A DNA stretch of 64,000 nt from contig JBFGJH010000010.1 in NCBI GenBank assembly GCA_041577335.1, forward strand, positions 1 through 64,000. Reading direction: 5' to 3'. This document shows, in pieces, positions 52,638 to 62,290 of the stretch. This stretch comes from Acidimicrobiia bacterium (GTDB lineage: Bacteria; Actinomycetota; Acidimicrobiia; Spongiisociales; JAENVV01). The notes beneath the pieces are model-generated. The model worked only from the letters and a program-made list of their open reading frames with translations, was not told the DNA's origin and made no database searches. The position numbers were made by a program, and so were the translations under genes. Within the stretch, counting starts at the first letter, position 1, and each line of letters starts with the position of its first letter.

Positions 52638-52804
52638 TGGGGAGTTTGAGGGACGGCTCCGCCGGCCCCTCAATGTGGGAGGTACGGCGACCTGCGCGCC
52701 GTACCGACAGGGTGAGTGCCGCCGCAGGGCGGCTCCTCCAGGCGCTCGGTCGAATCCTGATTCGACCGAAACCGAATCCGATCGAATCCTGATTCGATCG
52801 GCTG
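52638..52804 (-). repeat. Multi-hairpin intergenic element, copy D (inverted, with duplicated P1)
   Basis: Reverse complement has P1 twice (52778-52801, 52746-52769), P2 52714-52735, P3 52678-52707, P4 52646-52673, with P1, P3 and P4 loops identical to copy C. Confidence 0.8.
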
Positions 52805-52856
52805 CGGCAGCATGTCTGGTACCCTCGCGGCCCTCAGGAGCGGAGGAAGACTCAGG

Positions 52857-54014
52857 GTGGAAATCGATATCGGTATTGGTAAATCGGCTCGTCGAGCGTT
52901 TGGCTTTGACGACATTGCGATCGTTCCCAGCAGACGGACACGCGACCCAGATGACGTGGACATCAGCTGGCAGCTGGACGGTTTTCGATTCGAGTTGCCA
53001 ATGCTCGGTTCGGCCATGGACTCGGCTATCTCTCCGAGCACGGCGATCGAGATCAGCCGGCTTGGCGGGCTGGGCGTCCTCAACCTCGAGGGCCTCTGGT
53101 CCCGCTATGAGGATCCCGATCAGTTCCTCATCGAGATCGCCGAGCTTTCCGCCGAAAAGGCGACGCGCCGGATGCAGGAGATCTACCTCGAGCCAATCGA
53201 CCCGGACCTGATGACGCAACGGGTCCGTGAGATGAAGAAGGCCGGCATCGTCGCAGCTGGGAGCCTTACACCTCAGCACGTCGAGCGCTTTGGGTCGTCC
53301 GTTCGCGACGCGGGCCTCGACATCCTGGTGATCCAGGGAACGGTCGTATCCGCCGAACACGTATCGACCAGGACGGAGCCACTCGACCTCCGAGACTTCA
53401 TCGGTGGGTTCGAGTTGCCCGTGATCGTTGGCGGCTGCGCCTCGTATTCCACGGCTCTGCATCTCATGCGCACGGGAGCCGTCGGTGTTCTCGTCGGTGT
53501 CGGCCCCGGCGCGGCCTGCACCACTCGAGGTGTCCTCGGCGTGGGGGTCCCGCAAGCGACGGCGATTGCCGATGCTGCGGGAGCGCGAATCAGGCACCTC
53601 GACGAGACTGGGCGGTACGTCCACGTAATCGCCGACGGCGGAATGCGAACCGGCGGCGATGTCTCGAAAGCAATTGCGTGTGGTGCCGATGCCGTGATGA
53701 TCGGGTCGCCGTTGGCCTCCGCCACGGAGGCTCCCGGCCGGGGCTCACACTGGGGCATGGCGACGTTTCATCCAACGCTCCCCCGAGGAGCGCGGGTTCA
53801 GACAGGTGATCTGGGAACACTCCAAGAGATCCTCGTTGGCCCCGCCCACGAGAACGATGGCCGCCGAAACCTGTTTGGCGGTCTCCGAGCGTCAATGGCC
53901 ACGACGGGATACGCAGACCTGAAGGAATTTCAAAAGGCCGAGGTCATGATCGCCCCGTCGCTGCAGACGGAAGGCAAGTCGCTCCAGCGCAGCCAGCGCG
54001 TCGGTATGGGATGA
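52857..54014 (+). CDS. guaB3: GuaB3-family IMP dehydrogenase-related protein
   Basis: [41 protein letters not shown]; no CBS pair. Confidence 0.9.
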   Translation: MEIDIGIGKSARRAFGFDDIAIVPSRRTRDPDDVDISWQLDGFRFELPMLGSAMDSAISPSTAIEISRLGGLGVLNLEGLWSRYEDPDQFLIEIAELSAEKATRRMQEIYLEPIDPDLMTQRVREMKKAGIVAAGSLTPQHVERFGSSVRDAGLDILVIQGTVVSAEHVSTRTEPLDLRDFIGGFELPVIVGGCASYSTALHLMRTGAVGVLVGVGPGAACTTRGVLGVGVPQATAIADAAGARIRHLDETGRYVHVIADGGMRTGGDVSKAIACGADAVMIGSPLASATEAPGRGSHWGMATFHPTLPRGARVQTGDLGTLQEILVGPAHENDGRRNLFGGLRASMATTGYADLKEFQKAEVMIAPSLQTEGKSLQRSQRVGMG

Positions 54015-55555
54015 GTGTCCCGGGCGACTTTGATCGAATTCTCGTCGTCGACTTTGGCGCCCAATACGCGCAACTGATCGCCCGACGGGTACGAGAAGCT
54101 CATGTGTTCTCCGAGATCGTCCCGCGCGACATCTCGGCTTCGGAGGTCGCCGAAAGGCGGCCGGTGGGCATCATTCTGTCCGGGGGGCCGGCGTCGGTTT
54201 ATGCAGACGACGCATACGGGATCGACTCAGGGATCCTCGACCTCGGGATTCCCGTTCTGGGTATTTGTTATGGTCACCAGCTCCTTGCCCAGGCTGCGGG
54301 CGGCGTGGTCGAGCACTCCGAGGTCGCGGAATTCGGCAAGACGGCGTTCGAGGTCACGGGTACCTCCGTGTTGTTGAACGATCTTCCCTCGAGCCAGGAC
54401 GTCTGGATGAGCCACCGCGATGCGGTCATCGAGCCGCCGCCCGGGTTCGTTGCTGTTGGGTCGACGGAGGGAGCTCCGGTGGCGGCGATGGAGAATCAAG
54501 ATCGTCGGCTCTTCGGCGTGCAGTTCCACCCAGAAGTCGCCCATACTCCGCACGGTTTCACCGTGCTGAAACACTTCCTGTATCACGCATGCGATGCCCG
54601 CCCCACGTGGACGCACCATTCGATCATCGAGACAGCCATCGAATCCGTGAAGGCTCAGGTAGGTGACGGGCACGTCGTATGCGGCCTGTCGGGGGGCGTC
54701 GACTCGTCGGTCGCCGCAGCGCTCATGCACAACGCCATCGGTGACCAGCTCAACTGCATATTCGTCGATCACGGTCTGCTGCGGGAAGGAGAGGGGATCC
54801 AGGTTGAGGAGACTTTCAGAAGACATTTCGCCACCAACCTCATTCATGTGAAGGCCGAAGATCGGTTTCTCGAAAAGCTGGCAGGGGTTTCCGACCCTGA
54901 AGAGAAGCGGAACATCATCGGGGAGACCTTCATCAGGATCTTCGAGGAAGTTGCCGCGGAGCTTCCCGACGTCAAGTACCTCGTCCAGGGCACCTTGTAC
55001 CCCGATGTCATCGAATCCGGCACGAAAGATGCTGCCAAGATCAAGTCGCATCACAACGTTGGCGGGCTACCAGACGACATGGAGTTCGAGCTCGTCGAAC
55101 CCCTCAGAGACCTCTTCAAGGATGAGGTGCGAGCGATCGGCGAGGAACTCGGGCTTCCCGAGGAGATCGTCTGGCGACAGCCTTTCCCCGGCCCTGGCCT
55201 GGCCGTTCGCATCATCGGGGACGTCACCAAGGAGCGCCTGGATATTCTTCGATCGGCCGACACCATCGTGCTCGACGAGATCCGGCGAGCCGGCCTCTAC
55301 GGTGAGTTGTGGCAGTCATTCGGGGTCCTCCCAGCGGTCAAAACCGTTGGAGTGCAGGGAGACGGGCGCACATACGCCTATCCCCTCATCATCAGGGCCG
55401 TCACCAGCGAGGATGCGATGACCGCCGACTGGGCCCGCCTCCCGTACGAGGTGCTCGAAAGGATCTCTTCCAGGGTGATCAACGAGGTACCGGGGATCAA
55501 CCGCGTTGCCTACGACATCTCGTCGAAGCCGCCGGCCACCATCGAGTGGGAGTAG
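54011..55555 (+). CDS. guaA: GMP synthase (glutamine-hydrolysing)
   Basis: [49 protein letters not shown]. Confidence 0.99.
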   Translation: MSVPGDFDRILVVDFGAQYAQLIARRVREAHVFSEIVPRDISASEVAERRPVGIILSGGPASVYADDAYGIDSGILDLGIPVLGICYGHQLLAQAAGGVVEHSEVAEFGKTAFEVTGTSVLLNDLPSSQDVWMSHRDAVIEPPPGFVAVGSTEGAPVAAMENQDRRLFGVQFHPEVAHTPHGFTVLKHFLYHACDARPTWTHHSIIETAIESVKAQVGDGHVVCGLSGGVDSSVAAALMHNAIGDQLNCIFVDHGLLREGEGIQVEETFRRHFATNLIHVKAEDRFLEKLAGVSDPEEKRNIIGETFIRIFEEVAAELPDVKYLVQGTLYPDVIESGTKDAAKIKSHHNVGGLPDDMEFELVEPLRDLFKDEVRAIGEELGLPEEIVWRQPFPGPGLAVRIIGDVTKERLDILRSADTIVLDEIRRAGLYGELWQSFGVLPAVKTVGVQGDGRTYAYPLIIRAVTSEDAMTADWARLPYEVLERISSRVINEVPGINRVAYDISSKPPATIEWE

Positions 55556-55608
55556 TCGGCAGGCGGCCACATACAGGTTTTGGCGCTTTTCCGGCGAAAA
55601 CGTCTTCC

Positions 55609-55636
55609 TCAAGGGCGGGCTGTTGCGGGTCGATAA
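55609..55636 (+). promoter_or_regulatory. Possible sigma28 (FliA/WhiG)-type promoter
   Basis: TCAAG-N15-GTCGATAA vs consensus TAAA-N15-GCCGATAA. Confidence 0.4.
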
Positions 55637-55685
55637 CCGAGGTGCAGGGCAGGGGCACGAAACAACTCGAACTGATCGGTGAGAT

Positions 55686-57848
55686 GTGGACCTCTCGGAA
55701 AGCGCCGAACTCCAAGCCATATTTCGTGACGAAGTAGTCGCCCGTGCGGCCGCGCTCGGGGATGGCGGCAGATGCATGCTCATCAAGCCTCTCCACCCGC
55801 CTGCGATAGCGGATCGCCGGAGAGACGCCCATACGATCAAGGGCAACGCGTTGGTGATGGGATTCCCGCTCATGGCCGAAGCGGCCAAGCTCCTCGAACG
55901 GACTTTCCGTGACATCGAGGAGATCGGAAGGCCACAGACCGAGGCGCTCGGAGGCGCAATCGAGGCGGTCGCCGCCGCCCTTCCCGAAGCCATCGACATC
56001 GAGAAGAACGACACCCCCACCCAGCTCGTCGCAGCTGTCGAAGGTCTGCAACGAGTGCTCGATCGCCCGTCGAGCCCCCGGTCTTCGCCGCCGCCGCCAC
56101 CTCCACCGCGAGTGACTCTCCCACGGCCGGAAGCGAAACCACAGGGGCCTCCTGTTCCCGTCCGTGTTGACCGCAAGGACGCCGACGTCGGCCAAAAGGA
56201 CAGTGATTCGGCATTTGATGTAGTCGTATCAAACCAGAACCTCGGCGGCCTCGTTGCCGAGCTGGAGCTGGCACTCGATGGCGAGACCACCAGGGTTGAC
56301 TCGGCTCGGCTCTATGCCCTCATCAACGAGGTCGTCGAACTGCGGCTTGACGCCCAGGCGATGGTGTCGGCTGCGGCTTCCATTGCGACCGAGGTGAACC
56401 ACGCTTTGCCCACATCGGGGCTCAACTCGAAGACCCGCAATCTCGAGGCGGCAGCCGAGAGGTTCCACTCGGTGCTCCGCTCCCTGGAGGAGAAGGCCCT
56501 TGTCCTGCCCAGCGTTCCCTTTGGTGAAGTGACGTCGACATTCGAGCAGTTGGTCCGATTCCTTTCCCGGCGTCTGAATAAGGATGTTACGTTGCGAGTT
56601 GTTGGTGACGACCTGCTCGTCGATCGGCAACTCGTCGATCGCTTGCGAGAGCCGCTCCGGCATTTGGTCGTGAACGCGGTAGACCACGGGGTGGAGCCGG
56701 CCAAGGAGCGAATCGCAGCGGGCAAACCGCCGACGGGTTCCATCATCGTTGAGGTCTCGAAAGTCGATCATCACATTCAGGTGTCGGTGAGCGACGACGG
56801 GCGGGGCATCGATTGGGATGCCGTGGTCGCCGCGGCCCGTGATTGTGGGATGGTCGACTCGGAAAGCCCCTCCCCGGCGTCGATGCAGGGTTTCCTGTTT
56901 GCACCCGGCTTCACCACCGTTCAACAGACCGATGACGTGAGCGGAGATGGGTCAGGTCTTGCCATGGCTGCTGAGCTCGTCGAATCTCTGAATGGCGGCA
57001 TCGCCGTAGGCTCCACGCCGGGCCAGGGTACGACGGTCCGATTGACGCTCCCCTCATCTCTTGCGCTGCAGGGTGTGTTGATCGTCGAGGCGGGAGGGCA
57101 TCAGTGGGGGATACCGCTCGCAGCAGTCGACACCACGGTGGTGGTTGTGGGGGAGTCGCAAGACGGTGTCCGCTACCGGGACAGCGACCTACCGGTTGTT
57201 CCTCTCGCTCACGTACTCGGATTAGCCGTTTCTGGAGTTCCGGAAGAGGTCGTCGTCCTCACCGCTCGAGGCGGCCTCCACGCCTTCAGCGTGGCGAGCG
57301 TGCTCGGTCCGCGACAAGTGGCCATCAAAGACCTCGGCCCCGTGTTGGGAGGCACCAACATCCTCGGCGGAGCCGCCGTACTCGGCGGGGGCCAGGCCAT
57401 CGGCATCATTGATCCGTCGGCTCTGACCGCGCCGACCGCCTCGCAGAAGCCGGCAGACGGGCTGCCAAGGCTGCTCGTCGTCGACGATTCTCGAGGCGCC
57501 CGCCAGCTGGTCGCTGCGGCCCTCGGTTCCGCCGGCTTTGACGTCATCGCCGCTGGGGACGCAGCCGAGGCGATCGTCGCCCTCGACAAGGAGGACTTCG
57601 ATGCCGTCGTGTGCGATTTCAGCATGCCGGGCCACACGGGTGTTGAGCTCGTCGGGCTGCTCCGGCAACGCTTGCCATTGCTGCCGGTGGTGATGGTGTC
57701 AGCCGTCGCCACCCCCGAAGATCAGTCTGCGGCCTACGCCGCCGGCGTCAACGCATATCTCGACAAGTCTGATTTCCGCGAGGGCGTCCTGGCTTCCACG
57801 CTCCGATCGCTTCTTGGCCGCCCTGATGAGCAGAGGACCGGAACATGA
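55686..57848 (+). CDS. Hybrid CheA-like kinase (Hpt-dimerisation-HATPase-CheW-REC)
   Basis: DAHTIKGNA (Hpt His), HLVVNAVDHG, DDGRGID, FAPGFTT, SGDGSGL, TLP.SL, CheW-like segment, C-terminal LVVDDS..CDFSMP..YLDK. Confidence 0.9.
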   Translation: MDLSESAELQAIFRDEVVARAAALGDGGRCMLIKPLHPPAIADRRRDAHTIKGNALVMGFPLMAEAAKLLERTFRDIEEIGRPQTEALGGAIEAVAAALPEAIDIEKNDTPTQLVAAVEGLQRVLDRPSSPRSSPPPPPPPRVTLPRPEAKPQGPPVPVRVDRKDADVGQKDSDSAFDVVVSNQNLGGLVAELELALDGETTRVDSARLYALINEVVELRLDAQAMVSAAASIATEVNHALPTSGLNSKTRNLEAAAERFHSVLRSLEEKALVLPSVPFGEVTSTFEQLVRFLSRRLNKDVTLRVVGDDLLVDRQLVDRLREPLRHLVVNAVDHGVEPAKERIAAGKPPTGSIIVEVSKVDHHIQVSVSDDGRGIDWDAVVAAARDCGMVDSESPSPASMQGFLFAPGFTTVQQTDDVSGDGSGLAMAAELVESLNGGIAVGSTPGQGTTVRLTLPSSLALQGVLIVEAGGHQWGIPLAAVDTTVVVVGESQDGVRYRDSDLPVVPLAHVLGLAVSGVPEEVVVLTARGGLHAFSVASVLGPRQVAIKDLGPVLGGTNILGGAAVLGGGQAIGIIDPSALTAPTASQKPADGLPRLLVVDDSRGARQLVAAALGSAGFDVIAAGDAAEAIVALDKEDFDAVVCDFSMPGHTGVELVGLLRQRLPLLPVVMVSAVATPEDQSAAYAAGVNAYLDKSDFREGVLASTLRSLLGRPDEQRTGT

Positions 57849-58852
57849 AGATTCTCGTTGCCGACGACAGTCCGGTGATCCGTTCCGCGCTCACTGCCAT
57901 CCTCACCGAGCACGATTACGACGTCGTTACCGCAGAGGACGGGATCGAAACGATCCAGGCGTTCTACGCCGAACGGCCCGATCTGGTGGTTCTCGATCTC
58001 CAGATGCCCCGGATGACGGGATACATGGCCTGTCGAATGTTGAAAGACGACTGGTCGACTGCCACTGTCCCGATTCTCATCCTCACGGCGTACGAATCTG
58101 CAGAGGATCGTTATTGGGCAGACAAGTCAGGTGCCGATGGCTACCTCACGAAGGAATCGTTGGGCGAGGAACTCGTGGCCGCCATCAAGTCTGCCCTGGT
58201 GAGCAGGGCACTGAGCGACCTGAGTGACAACGGGGCGGATCCTCATGAGCTCGAAGAGGTCGACGTGCTGTCACGGCTGACCGAGATGCTGGATCGCAAG
58301 CTGTTCGAATCGACGATCGCGAATGACGTCATGACATTGACTGCCCGATCGTACGACTTGGAGGCCACGGTGGACGAGATTCTGTTCATCTTGCGGCGCT
58401 TCGTCGCATACGATGCTGCGGCAATCTCGGTAGCAAGCGATCCGACCGTGATCGTGAGGTTGGATCACCCGATTTCTCAAGTCGCGATCAAGCGGTTCAC
58501 CGATCGGGCGGTTGCCGATCTCGGCGAGCGAGTGACCTCCGGGTTGAGCCCATCGCAGGTTCATATCGTCATCGGCGAAGCCGACAGGGATTGCACCCCC
58601 ATCGAGATCGAGGAGAACTGGCCGTCCGTGTTCTCGATCACTTTGCGCCTGCGCAACGAAGTCATCGGAACTCTGACGCTGGCGTCCGCTCAAGATCAGG
58701 CCTACCCACCACAAGTGGCCCGTACGCTCAGAACGGTTGAATCACCCATTGCCACGGTCGTCGACTCGGCGATTCATCGCCGGCGACGGCTTCAGGATAC
58801 GGCCCGGCAGAGTCTTTCCAGCCTCTACGCTTTCGACGAAGAAGCTTCCTGA
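57845..58852 (+). CDS. Response regulator: REC plus GAF-like domain, no obvious output
   Basis: KILVADDS, LDLQMPRM.G, GADGYLTK; C-terminal L.LRNEVIGTL.LAS GAF-like pattern. Confidence 0.85.
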   Translation: MKILVADDSPVIRSALTAILTEHDYDVVTAEDGIETIQAFYAERPDLVVLDLQMPRMTGYMACRMLKDDWSTATVPILILTAYESAEDRYWADKSGADGYLTKESLGEELVAAIKSALVSRALSDLSDNGADPHELEEVDVLSRLTEMLDRKLFESTIANDVMTLTARSYDLEATVDEILFILRRFVAYDAAAISVASDPTVIVRLDHPISQVAIKRFTDRAVADLGERVTSGLSPSQVHIVIGEADRDCTPIEIEENWPSVFSITLRLRNEVIGTLTLASAQDQAYPPQVARTLRTVESPIATVVDSAIHRRRRLQDTARQSLSSLYAFDEEAS

Positions 58853-58884
58853 CCAAGACGCGCGGGAGCGGTTGAAGGGACGTG

Positions 58885-59730
58885 ATGAACGGGACCACCG
58901 TTGCGCTGATCGCAGGCCTCACCACCGTGGCCGCGATCGCGATCTTGTTGACCGTGATGGCGCGCCGCACCGCCGAAGAAGCGCGGAACGAGATGTTACG
59001 AGCCGCCGTGCTCAAGAATGACTTCGTGTCGATGGTCAGCCACGAACTGAGGACTCCGCTGACGTCGATTCAGGGGTTTGCGGTGACGCTGCAGGAAGCG
59101 TGGCGAGATCTGCCGCCGGAGGAGATCGAAGAGTTCTTGAAGATCATTGCGGTCCAGTCGCAGCACCTGCAAGATCTCGTGGAGGACATTCTCACCATCC
59201 CGCGCCTCGACGCTGGACGTTTGCGTCTCGAGCGGGACACATTTGATCTCTCCGAGCTGACGCACGAGGTTGCGGCGGTCACCTTCCCCGTGGGGTCCGA
59301 GCAGCAAATCGCCATCGAGATCCCCGGTGGCGTCGAGGTATTCTCCGATAGGAAGCGGGTTGGGCAGGTGCTCCGCAACCTTCTCGACAACGCACGGAAG
59401 TACGGGGGCGATCAGGTACTGGTCGAAGGCGCCATGGTTGGTGAGGAGTACATGGTCGTCGTCTCGGACAATGGGCCTGGGGTGCCTCCTGCTGAGCGCG
59501 ACGTTATCTTCCGTCACTTTGAACAGCTCTCCAAGGGCGATGCCCGTTCGAACCAGGGCATTGGGCTGGGATTGCCGATTGCCCGTCAGCTCGCAAAAGC
59601 GATGGGCGGCGACGTCTGGCACGAAACTCGTTTTCCGACGGGTAGCCGTTTCTGTTTTACGCTCGACATCAGGCCGGACCAGGCCACATCCGCCGAAGTG
59701 TCCTATACGGCTGAGCGGCGGACCAGGTAG
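58885..59730 (+). CDS. Small membrane-anchored histidine kinase
   Basis: One N-terminal TM; SHELRTPLTSI, NLLDNARKY, DNGPG, G.GLGL. Confidence 0.92.
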   Translation: MNGTTVALIAGLTTVAAIAILLTVMARRTAEEARNEMLRAAVLKNDFVSMVSHELRTPLTSIQGFAVTLQEAWRDLPPEEIEEFLKIIAVQSQHLQDLVEDILTIPRLDAGRLRLERDTFDLSELTHEVAAVTFPVGSEQQIAIEIPGGVEVFSDRKRVGQVLRNLLDNARKYGGDQVLVEGAMVGEEYMVVVSDNGPGVPPAERDVIFRHFEQLSKGDARSNQGIGLGLPIARQLAKAMGGDVWHETRFPTGSRFCFTLDIRPDQATSAEVSYTAERRTR

Positions 59731-59842
59731 TTGTAGCAAGCCTCTGCTCGGCGAAATCCGGCGCGTGGGGAGCCGACAATCACAGGCATGTGATTTCGGC
59801 ACCCAATCCGCGGTACCATCGGAGCAACGCGGAGGAGAATTG

Positions 59843-62086
59843 GTGTCCACGTTGTTCTCGGACCTGGCCGACCCAGCTGAGTCTGACCTGTTTGAAGATC
59901 TGAATCCCACCCAACGAGAAGCCGTCGCTGCCACCGAGGGCCCGGTGCTCGTCGTGGCCGGGGCGGGCTCCGGCAAGACGCGCGTGCTGACCTACCGGAT
60001 CGCCCACCTCGTTCGCGATCTGGGCATATCCCCGACATCGATTCTGGCGATCACCTTCACCAACAAGGCAGCAGATGAAATGAAGGAACGAGTTGGCTCG
60101 TTGGTCGGGGGAGCCATCCGAGCGATGTGGGTGTCGACCTTTCATAGCGCTTGCGTGCGCATCCTCCGTCGCGAAGCGCACCGCTTCGGCTACCGCTCGT
60201 CGTTCAGTATCTACGATGCCGCCGACTCGCTTCGGCTGATCACACAATGTGTCAAAGACCTCGACCTCGATCCCAAGCGCTTTCCGCCGCGCAACATTCG
60301 TGCCACGATTTCAAACGCCAAGAACGAGCTCATCGACTACGAGACGTTCCTTGGCCGCGACTCTGGCTTCTTCCACGAACAGGTCGCCGATGTGTACCGG
60401 CTCTACCAGCAGCGGTTGCTGGAGGCGTCGGCGATGGACTTCGACGACCTGCTCAAGGTCACGGTTGAGCTATTCGGGGCATTTCCCGACGCGCTCGAGC
60501 AATACCAGCAGCAGTTCCGGTACGTGATGGTGGACGAGTATCAGGACACCAACCACGCGCAGTACAAGCTCATCCAGCAACTCTCCAGCATTCATCGCAA
60601 CCTGTGCGTCGTCGGCGACGGCGACCAGTCTGTGTATGCCTTCCGCGGCGCCGATATCCGCAATATCAACGAGTTCGAGAAGGACTACCCCGACGCCAAG
60701 GTCATCGTTCTCGATCAGAACTATCGATCGACATCGACCGTGCTCGAAGCAGCCAACGGCGTCATCGTCAACAACCGCGCCAGGAAAGACAAACGGCTGT
60801 GGACCGACCGCGACCAGGGCGACCCGATCCGGGTCTACAACGCCCAGGATGAGCATGATGAGGCCGGGTTCGTCGCTGAGCGGATCGGGGAACTCGAAGC
60901 CGCCGGTCGCTCCCTGTCCGACATCGCGGTCTTCTATCGCACGAACGCACAGTCGCGGGTGATCGAAGACATGCTCGGCCGTCACCAGGTTCCGTACAAC
61001 GTTGTCGGGGGCCTGAAGTTCTACGAGCGTCGCGAGATCAAGGATGCGCTGGCCTACCTTCGCGTCCTGGTGAATCCCGACGACCAGGTCGCCCTCAAAC
61101 GCATCATCAATGTGCCGCGGCGCGCCATTGGAGACACCACGGTCGGTCACATCGACCGATTTGCCGAGTACCACAGCATCACGTTTCACGAGGCACTGCG
61201 GCGCGTCGACGAGATTGGGCCGTTGAATTCGCGCGCCAAGGGCAAGGTCAAGGAGTTCATGGTGCTCTATGACCTGCTGATCGAACGAGCTGAGCAGGGG
61301 GGCCCACAAAGTGCCCTGGAAGGTGTGCTGAGCGACACTGGCTATCTCAGCGAGATCGAAGCCGAAAAGACCATCGAAGCGCTTGGGCGTTATGAAAACC
61401 TGCGGGAGCTCCAGACGGGTGTCGATGAGTACGTGGCCGGCATGGAAGGGTCGCTGGTGGAAGGCGTCGAGTGGGCCGACTTGTCCGGAATGGAGCAGCT
61501 CGTCCAGTACATTGCCACGATTTCGCTGGTGGCGGACATCGACGAGTTCGACAAGAGCGCCGATGCGGTCACGATCATGACGCTCCATAACGCCAAAGGC
61601 CTCGAGTTCCCGGTTGTGTTCATCGTCGGCATGGAGGAGGGAGTGTTCCCGCACCAGCGCAGCTTGGGAAGCCCTGAGGAGCTCGAGGAAGAGCGGCGTC
61701 TCTGCTACGTCGGGATCACTCGGGCGATGGACAGCCTCTACCTGTCACACGCCGATTCCCGGATGATGTTTGGCATGTCCAACTCCAACTTCGCTTCACG
61801 ATTCCTTGCAGAGCTTCCCGACGGAACCGCCGAACCGGTCCAGCGGGAGCGAAAACCCGATCGGGAACGAGCAACAGGGCCACGAACGAGCGTCACCGGG
61901 AGCGACATCTCGATTGGTGATCTCGTTCGCCATGACATGTTCGGCACGGGGACGGTTGTCGAGATGGCAGGTGACGACGCGGCCGCCGAGGCCCAAATCT
62001 CCTTCCCGGGCCATGGCCTCAAACGTCTGCTGCTTGCCTGGGCGCCCCTCGTGAAGGTCGGCCCGGACGGGTCCGGGCCGAGTTAG
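59843..62086 (+). CDS. pcrA: ATP-dependent DNA helicase PcrA/UvrD
   Basis: LNPTQ.EAV, AGAGSGKT, DEYQDTN, VGDGDQS.Y.FRGA, TLHNAKGLEF, EERRL.YVGITRA; GGAGGA RBS before GTG 59843. Confidence 0.96.
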   Translation: MSTLFSDLADPAESDLFEDLNPTQREAVAATEGPVLVVAGAGSGKTRVLTYRIAHLVRDLGISPTSILAITFTNKAADEMKERVGSLVGGAIRAMWVSTFHSACVRILRREAHRFGYRSSFSIYDAADSLRLITQCVKDLDLDPKRFPPRNIRATISNAKNELIDYETFLGRDSGFFHEQVADVYRLYQQRLLEASAMDFDDLLKVTVELFGAFPDALEQYQQQFRYVMVDEYQDTNHAQYKLIQQLSSIHRNLCVVGDGDQSVYAFRGADIRNINEFEKDYPDAKVIVLDQNYRSTSTVLEAANGVIVNNRARKDKRLWTDRDQGDPIRVYNAQDEHDEAGFVAERIGELEAAGRSLSDIAVFYRTNAQSRVIEDMLGRHQVPYNVVGGLKFYERREIKDALAYLRVLVNPDDQVALKRIINVPRRAIGDTTVGHIDRFAEYHSITFHEALRRVDEIGPLNSRAKGKVKEFMVLYDLLIERAEQGGPQSALEGVLSDTGYLSEIEAEKTIEALGRYENLRELQTGVDEYVAGMEGSLVEGVEWADLSGMEQLVQYIATISLVADIDEFDKSADAVTIMTLHNAKGLEFPVVFIVGMEEGVFPHQRSLGSPEELEEERRLCYVGITRAMDSLYLSHADSRMMFGMSNSNFASRFLAELPDGTAEPVQRERKPDRERATGPRTSVTGSDISIGDLVRHDMFGTGTVVEMAGDDAAAEAQISFPGHGLKRLLLAWAPLVKVGPDGSGPS

Positions 62087-62113
62087 TCGTGCCGCCCTTC
62101 GTGCGGCCAGAAG

Positions 62114-62272
62114 TCGCACAATGTGCGAATCCTTTGCAGTTTGGGCAGCAAACTACGATCCCCGTCGGCTGGGCGTACACGCCGCTCACCTCAGGTTTGA
62201 CGGCCTCAACTCAGGCAGCGCCCAAGGCAGGTCTCCGGTCCAGGGTCGGCGACAAGCGGAGCCTCCGGTCCC
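62114..62272 (+). repeat. Multi-hairpin intergenic element, divergent copy E
   Basis: P3-like TCGG-C-TGGGCG-TACACGC-CGCTCA-CCTC (62165-62192) and later GCGGAGCC (62256-62263) within a stem. Confidence 0.5.
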
Positions 62273-62290
62273 ACTAGGCTCACGGACGTT

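Noticed and set aside
52474..52804. Single riboswitch or large pseudoknotted RNA for guaB3, CRISPR array, attC site, or group II intron D5/D6
   Set aside because: Loop complementarity is explained by two inverted copies of a dispersed element. There is no purine-riboswitch core, no identical direct repeats with spacers, no RYYYAAC/GTTRRRY ends, and the AC bulge is misplaced for D5
58852..58885. Frameshifted single REC-GAF-HisKA hybrid kinase
   Set aside because: The downstream kinase has its own start and an N-terminal TM helix, consistent with a separate gene
59270..59842. Apparent 190-aa N-terminal extension of PcrA (938-aa ORF), and similar extensions on rpsJ, rplN, rplF, rpsD, rpsI and truA
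   Set aside because: The extensions overlap upstream genes or leaders; RBS and homology indicate the downstream starts
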